A DNA stretch of 32,000 bases from Pyrodictium abyssi (GCF_036323395.1 NZ_AP028907.1:30001-62000); one strand, 5' to 3'. Shown: positions 17,432 through 27,430, numbered from the stretch's first letter. Notes: generated from the letters alone by a model not told the origin. Numbers and translations: made by a program.

Positions 17432-18130
17432 ATGCCCGGGAACATACCCCTAATAGGCGAGCGCTTCCCAGAGATACAGGTAGTCACCGACCAGGGCGTT
17501 ATCAAGCTGCCAGACCACTTCAAGGGCAAGTGGTTCGTCCTCTTCAGCCACCCAGCAGACTTCACACCGGTATGTACCACCGAGTTCGTGGCCTTCGCCA
17601 AGAGGTACGAGGACTTCAAGAAGCTAAACACCGAGCTGATAGGCCTTAGCGTGGACAACACGTTCAGCCACATCAAGTGGAAGGAGTGGATCAAGGAGAA
17701 GCTAGGCGTAGAGATACCATTCCCGATAATCGCTGACCCGATGGGCGAGGTCGCCAAGAAGCTAGGCATGATACACGCTGAGAGCGGTGTGGTAACAGTA
17801 CGCGCAGTCTTCGTAGTCGACGACAAGGGCGTGATAAGAGCTATACTCTACTACCCGCTGAACGTCGGCAGGAACATCGACGAAATACTAAGGCTGGTGG
17901 AGGCCCTCCAGCTAGCCGACAAGTACGGCCGCGCCCTGCCAGCCAACTGGCCGAACAACGAGCTGATAGGCGACCAGCTAATAGTCCCGCCAGCAGCCAC
18001 CGAGCAGGAGGCCAAGGAGAGGCTACAGCAGTTCAAGTGCTTCGACTGGTGGTTCTGCTACGAGGACAAGGCCAGCCAGGAGGAGAAGGAGCAGGCCCGC
18101 AGCTTCCTCAAGCGCGTCGCCAACTGCTAG
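17432..18130 (+). CDS. Peroxiredoxin (Prx6-type, archaeal thioredoxin peroxidase-like)
   Basis: [32 protein letters not shown]...[12 protein letters not shown]...[17 protein letters not shown]; C-terminal Cys-containing extension. Confidence 0.96.
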   Translation: MPGNIPLIGERFPEIQVVTDQGVIKLPDHFKGKWFVLFSHPADFTPVCTTEFVAFAKRYEDFKKLNTELIGLSVDNTFSHIKWKEWIKEKLGVEIPFPIIADPMGEVAKKLGMIHAESGVVTVRAVFVVDDKGVIRAILYYPLNVGRNIDEILRLVEALQLADKYGRALPANWPNNELIGDQLIVPPAATEQEAKERLQQFKCFDWWFCYEDKASQEEKEQARSFLKRVANC

Positions 18131-18339
18131 CAACCGGTTTAGCACAGCCCCAGGCATAGAGGTCTTTTTACCGCCCAAGGGGGCCATCCAGGCCCAGCGG
18201 ACGCTTCATCCCGCTTCCTCGCCTACTACAAATTCTCACGCAGTTCAGCCCCTATCCCGGGGGCAACGTTCCGGTTGACCCTACGCTGTAGCGGATATAG
18301 CCCCTTAGCCTAGCCCTAGCCACTCCTACGGGTGTTCCT

Positions 18340-19713
18340 GTGGCTTCGCACCGGCTCGCCGCCTTCACCCTAGTAGTCCTCATCGTCGGCTGGGGCGTCC
18401 TCCTATCACCGCCCCTCAAGGACGTCCGGACCCTACTAGGGCTCCCAGAGCACCTGCCTGCCTCGCGGTTCAACAGCCAGGCCGCAGAGATAGTGCCCCC
18501 GGATAGGGGAGACGCCGGGTGGTTCCTAGCCCGGATTGCTCATTACTACCACGTGGTTTTCGCCGGGCTCCTATACGCTATGCTCGTGCTGGGCTCCCGG
18601 CTCTACCCGGGCGAGTGGCGCGACGCCCTACTCCTCGGCCTAGCCGGGGCTGTCGCGACCGCTGTGGGCGGGCTAGGCTACGCTTATGTCTCCCGCAGCC
18701 CGCCGTTACACGGGCTATTCATAGCTGGGCTCGCCCTCCTCTTCGCTTCCGGCCTACTCGTTGCCGCTAGGATGAGGCCCCAGGGCCTGCTCGACCACGC
18801 GCTGAGAGCAACACTTGTGCTCATGCTTGTGGGCGGTGTTATAGGGGGCTACCTGGGCAGTAGCTTCATCGACGAGGAGGCCCACCGGGGCTTCGTCGAG
18901 GCCAAGATAGCTGCCCGGTTTAACCCCGACGACGCCGAGGGCAACGAGCTCTGGCGGGCGATGGTGGCGCACGAGCACGCTATGGTCGCGCTGGCGGATG
19001 TCGCAGGGTTCCTAGTGGCTCTCCGGGCGCTCCGCATACGCCGGGGCCGCTCCACGAGGCTGGCCTCGTACATGCTCCTAGCCGGGCTCGTGGCCACCGC
19101 TACTGCGTCCTACGCTGTCTGGCCAGTGGGCGGGATAGCCCACATAGTGATAACGCCAGCCTCCCTGGTACTGCTAGTAGGCGTCACGGTGCTGGCTTTC
19201 CGGGCCGAGCCGGCCAGCAGCGAACCACAGGAGAGGCTACTGGCCATCGGCCTCCGTGCCGGCGTGCTGACACTCTGGACCTCCGTGGTGGTGCCCGGTG
19301 CCATTGTGGCTTCCAGCCTCCGCAAGCCGACAGCCTTCATCAGCCCTGCTTTCCGCGACCCCTCGTGGGACTGGGCAGAGCTGGCTTACAACATTGGCCA
19401 CTGGCACATACTCCTCGCCGCATGGGGCATAGTCCTGCTTCTAGCCGCGGTCGCGACGCAGGAGTACACCAAGACGGGGAGGATAGCCATCCTGGGCGGA
19501 TGGCTGGCCCTCGTGGGCTTCGTCGCCGCATCAGTGGCTGTTAACCTCTACATGCTCGGGGGCCCGCCGGGGCCCTACCAGCCGAACCCCTATGACAATG
19601 CCTGGCTGCGGCTCCTGGTAGAGCCATCACTAGCCGTCATGGCTGCCGGTGTTGCTCTGGCCTACGTCGCCGTGGCCCACGAGGAGGCAACTGCGCGCAC
19701 TCGACAGCGCTAG
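18340..19713 (+). CDS. Polytopic membrane protein with several intramembrane His motifs
   Basis: 457 aa; ARIAHYYHVVFAGLLYAML, MVAHEHAMVALADVAGFL, VGGIAHIVITPASLVLL, NIGHWHILLAAWGIVLL. Confidence 0.75.
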   Translation: MASHRLAAFTLVVLIVGWGVLLSPPLKDVRTLLGLPEHLPASRFNSQAAEIVPPDRGDAGWFLARIAHYYHVVFAGLLYAMLVLGSRLYPGEWRDALLLGLAGAVATAVGGLGYAYVSRSPPLHGLFIAGLALLFASGLLVAARMRPQGLLDHALRATLVLMLVGGVIGGYLGSSFIDEEAHRGFVEAKIAARFNPDDAEGNELWRAMVAHEHAMVALADVAGFLVALRALRIRRGRSTRLASYMLLAGLVATATASYAVWPVGGIAHIVITPASLVLLVGVTVLAFRAEPASSEPQERLLAIGLRAGVLTLWTSVVVPGAIVASSLRKPTAFISPAFRDPSWDWAELAYNIGHWHILLAAWGIVLLLAAVATQEYTKTGRIAILGGWLALVGFVAASVAVNLYMLGGPPGPYQPNPYDNAWLRLLVEPSLAVMAAGVALAYVAVAHEEATARTRQR

Positions 19714-20684
19714 AGCGCTAGCCCCCCGGGAGGGCTATCTTCTGGCTGGAGCGCGTCGCCGGCGGTAGTATTTCTCGCCCATGTCTCTACCTCCTCCAGT
19801 AGCCCCTCCTCCACAGCGTCGCCTAGTACTGTGAAGCTGCCGTGCTCGGGCCTGGCTAGTACCTCTACGCGGCTAGCGCCGAGGCGGCTCGCGAACACTC
19901 TGTAGGCCTTCTCGACAGTGCCGGGGCTCGGTGGCCCAGCCCAGGGCTCGGCTGGAGGCCTCGTGGGCACCGATATGTAGGCCTTAGCGAGGCGCCGGAG
20001 CGAGGCCAGGGTCTCCGCTATCTCCTCCAGCTCGCCGCCGTAGGCTATGCCGTTGACAAGCATTGTCTCCGAGATGTGTGTGCCCCCTGTACTCCTCGGA
20101 GAAGACGCGTATGCCCTGGATGACCGTGTCTAGCCGGAGGCGGGGATGCGGCCTGTTTACACGCCTCCACGTCTCCTCCCTTGCCGCGTCCGGCTTGACC
20201 GAGACGAGGTCAGCCTCCTGGAGGTCGCGGCGTACATCCTCCCTCCAGAGTAGCGAGCCGTTACTGAGCACTGCTACGCGCGCGCCTAGCGCCCGGAGCC
20301 CCTCGACGAGCCTCCCTAGGTTGGCGTCGAGGGTGGGCTCGCCGTCCGGGACCACTGTTACATAGTCTACGTGTTCGCCGACCGCGTCTAGCTCTTCTAG
20401 CCGTCTCGCTGCCTCGCCGACTACCTCGTCTGCTTGTAGAAGGTTCTCCGCTCTATGCTCGTGCCCGATCCTCTGCCGGCTTGACAATAGGCGCAGTTGT
20501 AGCTACACAGCTTCCCGGGTATGTTGTCTACCCCGAGGCTTCTGCCCAGCCTCCTAGAAGGTATAGGGCCGAAGACGTAGCGGTAGCTAGCCGTCTCACT
20601 CCACCAGCCGCGGAGCAGCAGGGGGCCCGGGGGGTCTAGGCTCCAGCGGCGTCTATGCCGGGCGACCGTGGCACCATAGGCCAT
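19710..20684 (-). pseudogene. Radical SAM protein split by two frameshifts (about 20432-20440 and 20083-20087)
   Basis: [37 protein letters not shown]...RRTFY / [16 protein letters not shown]...YVTVVPDGEPTLDANLGRL...VIQGIRVFSEEYRG / THISETMLVNGIAYGGELEEIAETL... Confidence 0.88.
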
Positions 20685-20772
20685 AGCGTACTGGGCGCCA
20701 CGTCCCCGGGGGGCTGGTGCTCTTTAACCCTCCCGTAGCTCTAGAGGCCCACGTCTACCAGGGCTAGGGACC

Positions 20773-21336
20773 GTGGAGCAGCAGGACCGCCTCATAATCC
20801 TTGTAGCTGGTATGCCCGGCAGCGGTAAGAGCATGCTCTCCAGCGTCGCCCGGGAGATGGGTATCCCGGTCTACGTGATGGGTGACGTGATCCGGGAGGA
20901 GGCCAGGCGCCGGGGCCTGGAGCCGACACCGTCCAACCTCAACATGGTTGCGCGGCTCCTCCGCGAGGAGTACGGCCCAGCCGTTGTCGCAGAGCGGGTA
21001 GCCGAGAAGCTGGCGCGCGACACCAGCCGCGTGGTCCTCGTTGACGGTGTGAGGAGCCTTGTGGAGATCGAGGTCTTCCAGAGACTCGGCCGGGTAGTGA
21101 TAGTCGCTGTGCACGCGTCGCCCCGGACCCGGTTCGAGAGGCTCCGCCGGAGAGGTAGGCCCGGCGACCCGGTGAGCTGGGAGGAGTTCCGGCAGCGCGA
21201 CATGACCGAGCTCGGCTTCAGCCTCGGCAGCGTGATAGCCCTCGCAGACTACATGCTGGTCAACGAGGGCACCGCCGACGAGTTCCGGGAGAACGCCAGG
21301 AGGCTCCTAGAGAGGCTCATAGCGGGCAGGGGCTAG
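20773..21336 (+). CDS. UPF0200 / adenylate kinase-like P-loop ATPase
   Basis: ILVAGMPGSGKSMLSSVAREMGIPVYVMGDVIREEARRRG...VVLVDGVRSLVEIEVF. Confidence 0.88.
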   Translation: MEQQDRLIILVAGMPGSGKSMLSSVAREMGIPVYVMGDVIREEARRRGLEPTPSNLNMVARLLREEYGPAVVAERVAEKLARDTSRVVLVDGVRSLVEIEVFQRLGRVVIVAVHASPRTRFERLRRRGRPGDPVSWEEFRQRDMTELGFSLGSVIALADYMLVNEGTADEFRENARRLLERLIAGRG

Positions 21337-21571
21337 AGCCCCGCAGCCCCTCCCGTTTAGGCCGTGGACCCACGATACCGCGCCGGGGAAATACGGTACA
21401 CCAGATGTATGCGTTACGTATAGATGTGTACTAGCTCATTGGTCTTATAAACCGTCAGCATTGTTTAGGATGCTCGCTGGCCATCACCGGGGCTAAAGGA
21501 GCGCTAGCGCGGAGCGACGCACCCCAGGCTCTTATGGGGGTACAAGTCTAGCCGTAAAAAGCTGGCATGTG

Positions 21572-22958
21572 CTAGTCCATCCGGACTACTTCCCTTACTA
21601 GAGGGGTCACCGCGAGCAAGACAGCATAGAGTGCTGTTGCGAGCAGGAACAGGTAGTGGTAGGCTTCTACTCTCGGTACACGTATGTATACCGGGCTGCC
21701 CGGGAGCGCTATAGCTGTAGAATACATGCGAATACATGCTCATGAGGGTGCCTGCTACTGCGGGTCCCCATGCTGCGCCGAGGTTCCGGAAGAGGCTATT
21801 GAGCCCGGTAGCTATCCCCATAACCCTCCTACCGACACTGAAAACGAGGATGTTTATCAGCGAAACGTTTAGGACACTGATGCCAGTGCTGACTAGGACT
21901 ACTAGGCTGACTATCTTCCATAGGCCTATCGACACTGGGTCATATGATAGGGCTACGAGGCCAATAATGGCTAGTAGTGCTCCGAGCTGGATGAAGGGCT
22001 TTACCCCTATCCTGGTCATCGCCCTCCCGACTAGCGGCGCTATGAATAGCATAGCTATCGCACTAGGTGTCATTAGCAGCCCGGACTCGAGTATCGTCTT
22101 ACTGTAGCCGTATGGAGGCTGCATCTGGAACAGATAGGTTATTGCCTGGTTCATCATCTGTACTGCGAACCCTGCTAGGAATATCCAGAGGTTAGTTATT
22201 AGCACGTTACGCGATGTGAGGAGGCTTACGGGTATCAATGGGTTGTCCGTCTTCAGCTCACGTACTATGAGTAGGGTGAGGCTGGCCAGGGATAGAGCGA
22301 ACATCGCTAGAGTGGAAGGGGCTGTCAAGCCGGTGTCCGGTGCACGGGTGACAGCTACTAGCCCAGACGCTGCGAATAGTGATAGGAGTACTGCTCCTGG
22401 GACGTCGAGTTTCCCCGGGTTGATGTACCTGCTTTCTCTCAGCACTCTAGCCGACAACACGAGCATTAGTATAGCGAATGGCGCCACTGTGTGGTATGTC
22501 AATTCCCACCCATAGTTCTCAGCGATGTAGCTTCCCAGCGGGAGGGCTACGACTATCCCGACTCCGAACATGGCGCTTATCATTCCCTGTACCTGGGGCA
22601 CCATTCTTGGCGGGAACTCTTCCCTGACAATTGTGAATCCTAGCGGGAATATCGCCATCCCTATGCCCTGCAAAGCCCTAGCCAGTAGGAGTGCGTGGAA
22701 TGTTGGCGCGAATCCCGCGAATGTTACGCCGAGCGTGTACACCGCTAGAGCGATTAGGAAGAGCTTTTTCTTGCCATACATGTCTCCAAGCTTCCCCATT
22801 AGGGCTACGCTTATCGTGCCCGTGAGGAGGTAGATGGTGAGAACCCAGCTCACATCGCTCGGTGATACGTGGAACTGGCGCTGGATTGCCGGGAGAGAGG
22901 GTATCAGAACAGCCTCGGTATACATGACGAGTATGGGAAGCGTGACTAGTAGCATCAC
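21572..22958 (-). pseudogene. MFS multidrug-type transporter (EmrB/QacA-like) with a C-terminal frameshift at about 21699-21704
   Basis: VSWVLTIYLLTGTISVALMGKLGDMYGKKKLF...; raw ORF continues to 21504 with a nonsense tail; the alternate frame gives PVYIRVPRVEAYHYLFLLATALYAVLLAVTPLVREVVRMD* ending at 21572. Confidence 0.85.
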
Positions 22959-23468
22959 TGCCTCCCTAGCGTAGCCTAGATCGTACCCCCGGCTCCTCGC
23001 CGCCTTTCATCATTATTCGCCGCGGACGCCGATAGCTCGGCTGTCGATATATAGGCCTTTCGACTACGGCATAACACAGTATTAAATCACGTATTTGAAC
23101 TCCCACAGCTGTACCAGGAGCAGCACATACGTCAGCATTACAGTGGTGGCCCGGGGGGACAGGAGCCTCTCGAGCCTCTGGGGTGCTCTTCTAGTACGGG
23201 CTTGCGCATAGTGTCCTCCTACAGAGCCCCTCTACCGCGTTTCGCTTGGGCCTCTGCTAGCCCGGTACCGGTCCGGTATGAGGCACGACTCTAGCTAGGC
23301 ACGCTAGACCATAGACCCAGGACGGTAGATATAACCTCTCTACATCATGTAGCTTTTCGTCTATCCCGAGAAGGGAAGAGCATTATAGGGATAGATAGAC
23401 ATTGTAATAGGAGGTGTGGATGAACTGTGTCCGTTTGGGGAACTAGCAAAAACTATGAGCTAGCCTGG

Positions 23469-24833
23469 CTAGGCTGTTAGTGGGGAGTCGCTGGACAGCT
23501 CAGAGCCCTTGGCGAGCATCTTGGGGAGGTCCTCCTCGGGGGTGCTTATCAGCTGTAGGTCGAACCTCCTCCTTAGCTCCTCGAAGACGCTGGGTGTGAG
23601 GAACTCGGGGGCCTTCGGCCCTATGTATATCCCCTTTATGCCCAGGTATAGTAGCGTGTAGAGTATCGCGACGGCCTTCTGCTCCATCCAGCTCAGCACT
23701 ATGCTTACTGGTAGCTGGTTGAGATCCTTCCCGAGCCTCTTTGCTAGCTCCGCGGCGATCACTATTATAGAGTAGACGTTGTTGCACTGGCCGAAGTCCA
23801 TGAACCGTGGTATACCCTCTATGGTGCCGTAGTCGCGGCGGTTGTAGCGGAACTTGCCACACGCCGCTGTGAGTATTATGGAGTCTCTTGGCACTAGCTG
23901 GGTGAGCCTCTCGTAGTAGCCCATCTTGGGGCTGGGTACGTCGCAGCCGCCTATGACGAATATGTGGCGTATCTTGCCCTCGTTTATCAGGTCAACGACC
24001 TTGTCTAGTAGTGGGAGCACGTTGGTGTGGTGGAAGCCTGTCACTATCTTGCCGCCCTCAGTTCTCTTCATCCTGGGTGTCTTTAGCGCGTGCTTTATCA
24101 CCGGCTCGAAGTTGTAGTCGTCTATGTGGGGTACCCCTTCTAGGCCTGCGATACCCGTGGTGTATATCCTGTCGGCGTACTGCTTGAGTGGCTGTAGTAC
24201 ACAGTTAGTGGTGCCGATTATTACGCCGGGGAACTTGCCGAACTCCTGCTTCTGGTAGACCCAGCTTCCTCCCCAGTTGCCGTAGAGCGCCCTGAACGCG
24301 CGTATCTTCGGGTAGGAGTGGGCCGGTAGCGTCTCGGAGTGCGTGTATACCTTTACCTCGTCCTCGAGCCCCATCTCCTTGATCTGCTTGAGTAGCTCGT
24401 ATAGCGCCTTGTAGGAGTGCCCCGTGACGAGTATTCCGTGTCCCTCCTCCGTGCCCGTGGGGACCTCGACTGGTGTTGGGGCCCCGAACGTCTCGACGTA
24501 GGCCTTGTCTAATAGCTCCATGGCTCTGAGGTGCATCTTACCAGTCTCTAGTATCATCTCGAGGAAGCGGCCCTTGTTGAAGTTCACGTTGGTCAGTGTC
24601 GAGTACAGCGCCTTCGATAGGAAGAAGCCTATCTCTTCGTCCTTGTAGCCTAGCTCGTAGGCGTGGTAGTAGTATGCTGCTACGCCCTTTATCCCGTAGA
24701 TGAGGGCTTCCTGGAGCGAGTGGAGATCTGGGTCCTTGCCGCAGACTCCTGCAACCGTACAGCCTCCTGCTAGGCTCATGCTGCACTGGTCGCATTTCAT
24801 GGGTGTCCTCTGGAGCATCTTCTGGACACTCAC
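23469..24833 (-). CDS. hcp: Hybrid cluster protein (hydroxylamine reductase), short archaeal-type form
   Basis: MKCDQCSMSLAGGCTVAGVCGKDPD (C-x2-C-x7-C-x5-C); TGHSYKALYELL, HSETLPAHSYPKI, GNWGGSWVYQKQEF, IGGCD, LTAACGKFRYN, FGQCNNVYS, WMEQKAVAILYTLLYLGIKGIYIGPKAPEF; GTG 24833 preceded by GGAGGGG, alternative ATG 24818. Confidence 0.93.
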   Translation of the reverse strand: MSVQKMLQRTPMKCDQCSMSLAGGCTVAGVCGKDPDLHSLQEALIYGIKGVAAYYYHAYELGYKDEEIGFFLSKALYSTLTNVNFNKGRFLEMILETGKMHLRAMELLDKAYVETFGAPTPVEVPTGTEEGHGILVTGHSYKALYELLKQIKEMGLEDEVKVYTHSETLPAHSYPKIRAFRALYGNWGGSWVYQKQEFGKFPGVIIGTTNCVLQPLKQYADRIYTTGIAGLEGVPHIDDYNFEPVIKHALKTPRMKRTEGGKIVTGFHHTNVLPLLDKVVDLINEGKIRHIFVIGGCDVPSPKMGYYERLTQLVPRDSIILTAACGKFRYNRRDYGTIEGIPRFMDFGQCNNVYSIIVIAAELAKRLGKDLNQLPVSIVLSWMEQKAVAILYTLLYLGIKGIYIGPKAPEFLTPSVFEELRRRFDLQLISTPEEDLPKMLAKGSELSSDSPLTA

Positions 24834-24850
24834 GGGGCAGCCCCTCCATC

Positions 24851-24866
24851 TATGACATGCGTCATA
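24851..24866. promoter_or_regulatory. Palindromic operator candidate over the hcp promoter
   Basis: TATGAC-atgc-GTCATA, perfect 6-bp arms, overlapping the minus-strand TTATATGAC box. Confidence 0.6.
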
Positions 24867-24988
24867 TAAGGCACGCAACGAGGCTTGTGTATAAAACCTT
24901 GCGGGCGATGCGACTACTACCATGCCTAATGGAGAAACTAGTAAGCCTCGGGCCTGGTGCCACAAGACTAGTGAAGAGGAGTTGCACC

Positions 24989-25408
24989 ATGAAGATCAAC
25001 GCCTTCGAAGTGGCATCCCGCTACGTCTACCCCTCAGTGAGAAGGCGCCTAGTAGAGAAGCTCAGCGAGAAGGGCCTAACCCAGACAGAGATAGCCAGGC
25101 TGCTCCACATAACCCAGTCGGCTGTATCCCGCTACCTCTCGGTGGAGAGGGGCTACGCGCTAGACCTCAAACCCTACCCCGACATAGATGCACAGCTAGA
25201 GCAGCTGGCTAAGGAGATAGTGTCGAAGCGCCCCGACGAGTACCAGATACACTACCACCTGGTGCGTATATCTATAGAGGTGCTTAGCCGTGGCTACGCG
25301 TGCAAGCTCCACGCCACCATAGACCCAGGGCTAGACCCCAGAAGATGCAGGGCATGCACAGAGCTCTTCAGGCCCACACAGCCGGAAAGCGCTAAGGGGC
25401 CGAGCTAG
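24989..25408 (+). CDS. HTH transcriptional regulator with C-terminal Cys pair, divergent from hcp
   Basis: LVEKLSEKGLTQTEIARLLHITQSAVSRYLSVERG; C-term RCRACTELF; SD AGAGGAG 7 nt before ATG; TATAAAA at 24890-24896. Confidence 0.85.
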   Translation: MKINAFEVASRYVYPSVRRRLVEKLSEKGLTQTEIARLLHITQSAVSRYLSVERGYALDLKPYPDIDAQLEQLAKEIVSKRPDEYQIHYHLVRISIEVLSRGYACKLHATIDPGLDPRRCRACTELFRPTQPESAKGPS

Positions 25409-25510
25409 CAGGCGCGCCCCGGATACCGGGCAGCGCCTCGCATGGCAGGCCCGGTGCACATGCAAGCAGCATATCGGTGCAGGGCCTCTAGCTTAGAAAC
25501 AGCTATGGGC

Positions 25511-25912
25511 CTAGGCGTGTACAGATGCAGGCTGGCCCACAGCGTTAGGGGCTATTGCGTGCTTCTCCAGGCCAAGCGCCTCTGCTATGACTGCTGCCCG
25601 GCTGTATACCATGCTCCGGGCCTCCGGCGCTAGCAGTGATAGCTCGACGTGGAGCTTGGCGGTGGCTGGCTCCTCGTACACTATCCCGGCTTCGCGGTAG
25701 AGCCGCAGCTCCAGGACCACTTCTCCTAGCGTGTAGCCGGGCGGCTGTATCCCCGCGTCAACCAGGCGGCGGAGGTCGTCGAGGAGCCTATGCAGCGTCG
25801 CCGGCTCCGCTGCTAGCCGCGCTAGTATGTTGACCCGCAGCTCCTCAGCAGCTCTCTCGATGCTGCCCTCCTCACCCTCCAGTAGCAGCCACTGGGGCCC
25901 GCCGACGGGCAT
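25511..25912 (-). CDS. Hypothetical protein
   Basis: 133 aa from MPVGGPQWLLLEGEEG; minus-strand TATACT box about 25 nt upstream of ATG suggests a leaderless transcript. Confidence 0.5.
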   Translation of the reverse strand: MPVGGPQWLLLEGEEGSIERAAEELRVNILARLAAEPATLHRLLDDLRRLVDAGIQPPGYTLGEVVLELRLYREAGIVYEEPATAKLHVELSLLAPEARSMVYSRAAVIAEALGLEKHAIAPNAVGQPASVHA

Positions 25913-26243
25913 ACTGTCCGCCACCCGGTGTGTAGTATACCGTCCTTGCCGCGTGGTAGAGGCTTCCGGGGTAGTAGCCCGGTGGTATAGCTGCTGAAGA
26001 TATGTAGAGGCTATACGCCGCTGGTAACGCGCCCGGGGCGGTGAGGAGCCAGGGATTATGCCTACCAGCACGCTGGGGTGACGAGTCCAGCCGAGCACCG
26101 AGCCCCTCCCTTGGCCGCGGCCCCGGGGCTAAGCGGGGTCCGGGCCAGTGTTACCAGGCGGCCGTGGACACGGTGCGTCTCTATGCTGTGCGACCCAGCT
26201 ATAGGGGGCCGCGGCGCCTAGGCTAGAGCCCCGGGGCTGCTTC

Positions 26244-27293
26244 GTGCCAGGTAGCGGGAAGCCCCGGAGCCTCGTACGCACCCCGGTAGCGGTTATAGCT
26301 GACTGGGACGCGGACGGCGTCACAGCCGCGGCTATGATATACTATGCACAGTACTACCGGAAGCTCTACCCCCTCCAGGGCCGCCACGACGTGGTGCTCG
26401 AGCCGGCTGGGCCGAGGGGGTTCCCCGACGCGCTCGCCAACATAATGTCCAGCGGTAACTGCCCCGACGCGCTAGTGGTGCTGGATATACCCCTCACCGA
26501 GAAGCTCTACGAGGTGCTCAGCGGCTTCGCGAGGGAATGCCCCTCCACGAGGATAATCTACATCGACCACCACTTCTCCACTATCTACATGTCTAAGCGC
26601 CTCTACGAGCTCAGTGAGGAGGTCTACCTCGGCCACAAGCCTACCGCCGTGCTGACCTTCCAGCTCCTAAGGAGCCTAGGCGTGAAGCACCTCACGCCGA
26701 GGCTCCAGGCCTTCATGAAGGCCGTCGGTGTGCTCGAGCGGAGCAAGAGGCCCATGACGGAGGCCGAGAACCGGGTGGTCAAGCTCGCGGCGAGCATATC
26801 CAAGGCATCCACTGTCCTGCGGGACAAGGAGCTCTGGAGGAAGCTCGTCAAGTGGCTAGCCAGCCCCCTGCCGCAGGACGCCCCGGTGGACATGAACCTG
26901 GTCGAGCGCGTGCTGAAGGTCGCTGAGGAGAGTGACCGCAGGATAGAGGAGAAGGCGCGCGACCTAGCCTTCGGGGCCAAGAGGGTGGGCTACATACGGT
27001 TCGTCGACGCGCGGCGCCACTGGAGCGGACGCGGCGCGAGCGCGCTGGCATCGAAGCTCTACAAGATACTACGCCAGCCCGTAGCGCTGCTGGTCCGGCG
27101 CGACGACGGCGCGCTACTGCTGATAATCCGTAGCCGGGGCCGCGGCGCCTACAGGATGGCCGTAGGCCTGCTCAAGGAGGGTGTAGCCGAGAACATAGGT
27201 GGCCACGGGGGCCTGGCTGTGATAAAGCTGCGGGACGACGTGGACATGAAGGTGCTCGAGGAGAAGCTCCGCAGGCTCAGCCTAAAGCTCTAG
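26244..27293 (+). CDS. DHH/DHHA1-type phosphoesterase (RecJ-like)
   Basis: VAVIADWDADGVTAAAMIYY, VVLDIP, RIIYIDHHFST, NIGGHGGLAVIKL. Confidence 0.85.
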   Translation: MPGSGKPRSLVRTPVAVIADWDADGVTAAAMIYYAQYYRKLYPLQGRHDVVLEPAGPRGFPDALANIMSSGNCPDALVVLDIPLTEKLYEVLSGFARECPSTRIIYIDHHFSTIYMSKRLYELSEEVYLGHKPTAVLTFQLLRSLGVKHLTPRLQAFMKAVGVLERSKRPMTEAENRVVKLAASISKASTVLRDKELWRKLVKWLASPLPQDAPVDMNLVERVLKVAEESDRRIEEKARDLAFGAKRVGYIRFVDARRHWSGRGASALASKLYKILRQPVALLVRRDDGALLLIIRSRGRGAYRMAVGLLKEGVAENIGGHGGLAVIKLRDDVDMKVLEEKLRRLSLKL

Positions 27294-27430
27294 GCCTCCC
27301 GCGGGCTTTGCTACACTACCTCTTGGGGGATGAGGTGCCCTGGGGATGCACCTCCACAGAGCCCCCGGAGAGGCCGCGGGGCCGTGGAGACCGGACACCT
27401 CGCCGACCCCGGTGAACACTTATTAGCTAA

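Noticed and set aside
17347-17826. 159-aa minus-strand ORF over the peroxiredoxin gene
   Set aside because: Antisense shadow of a highly conserved gene.
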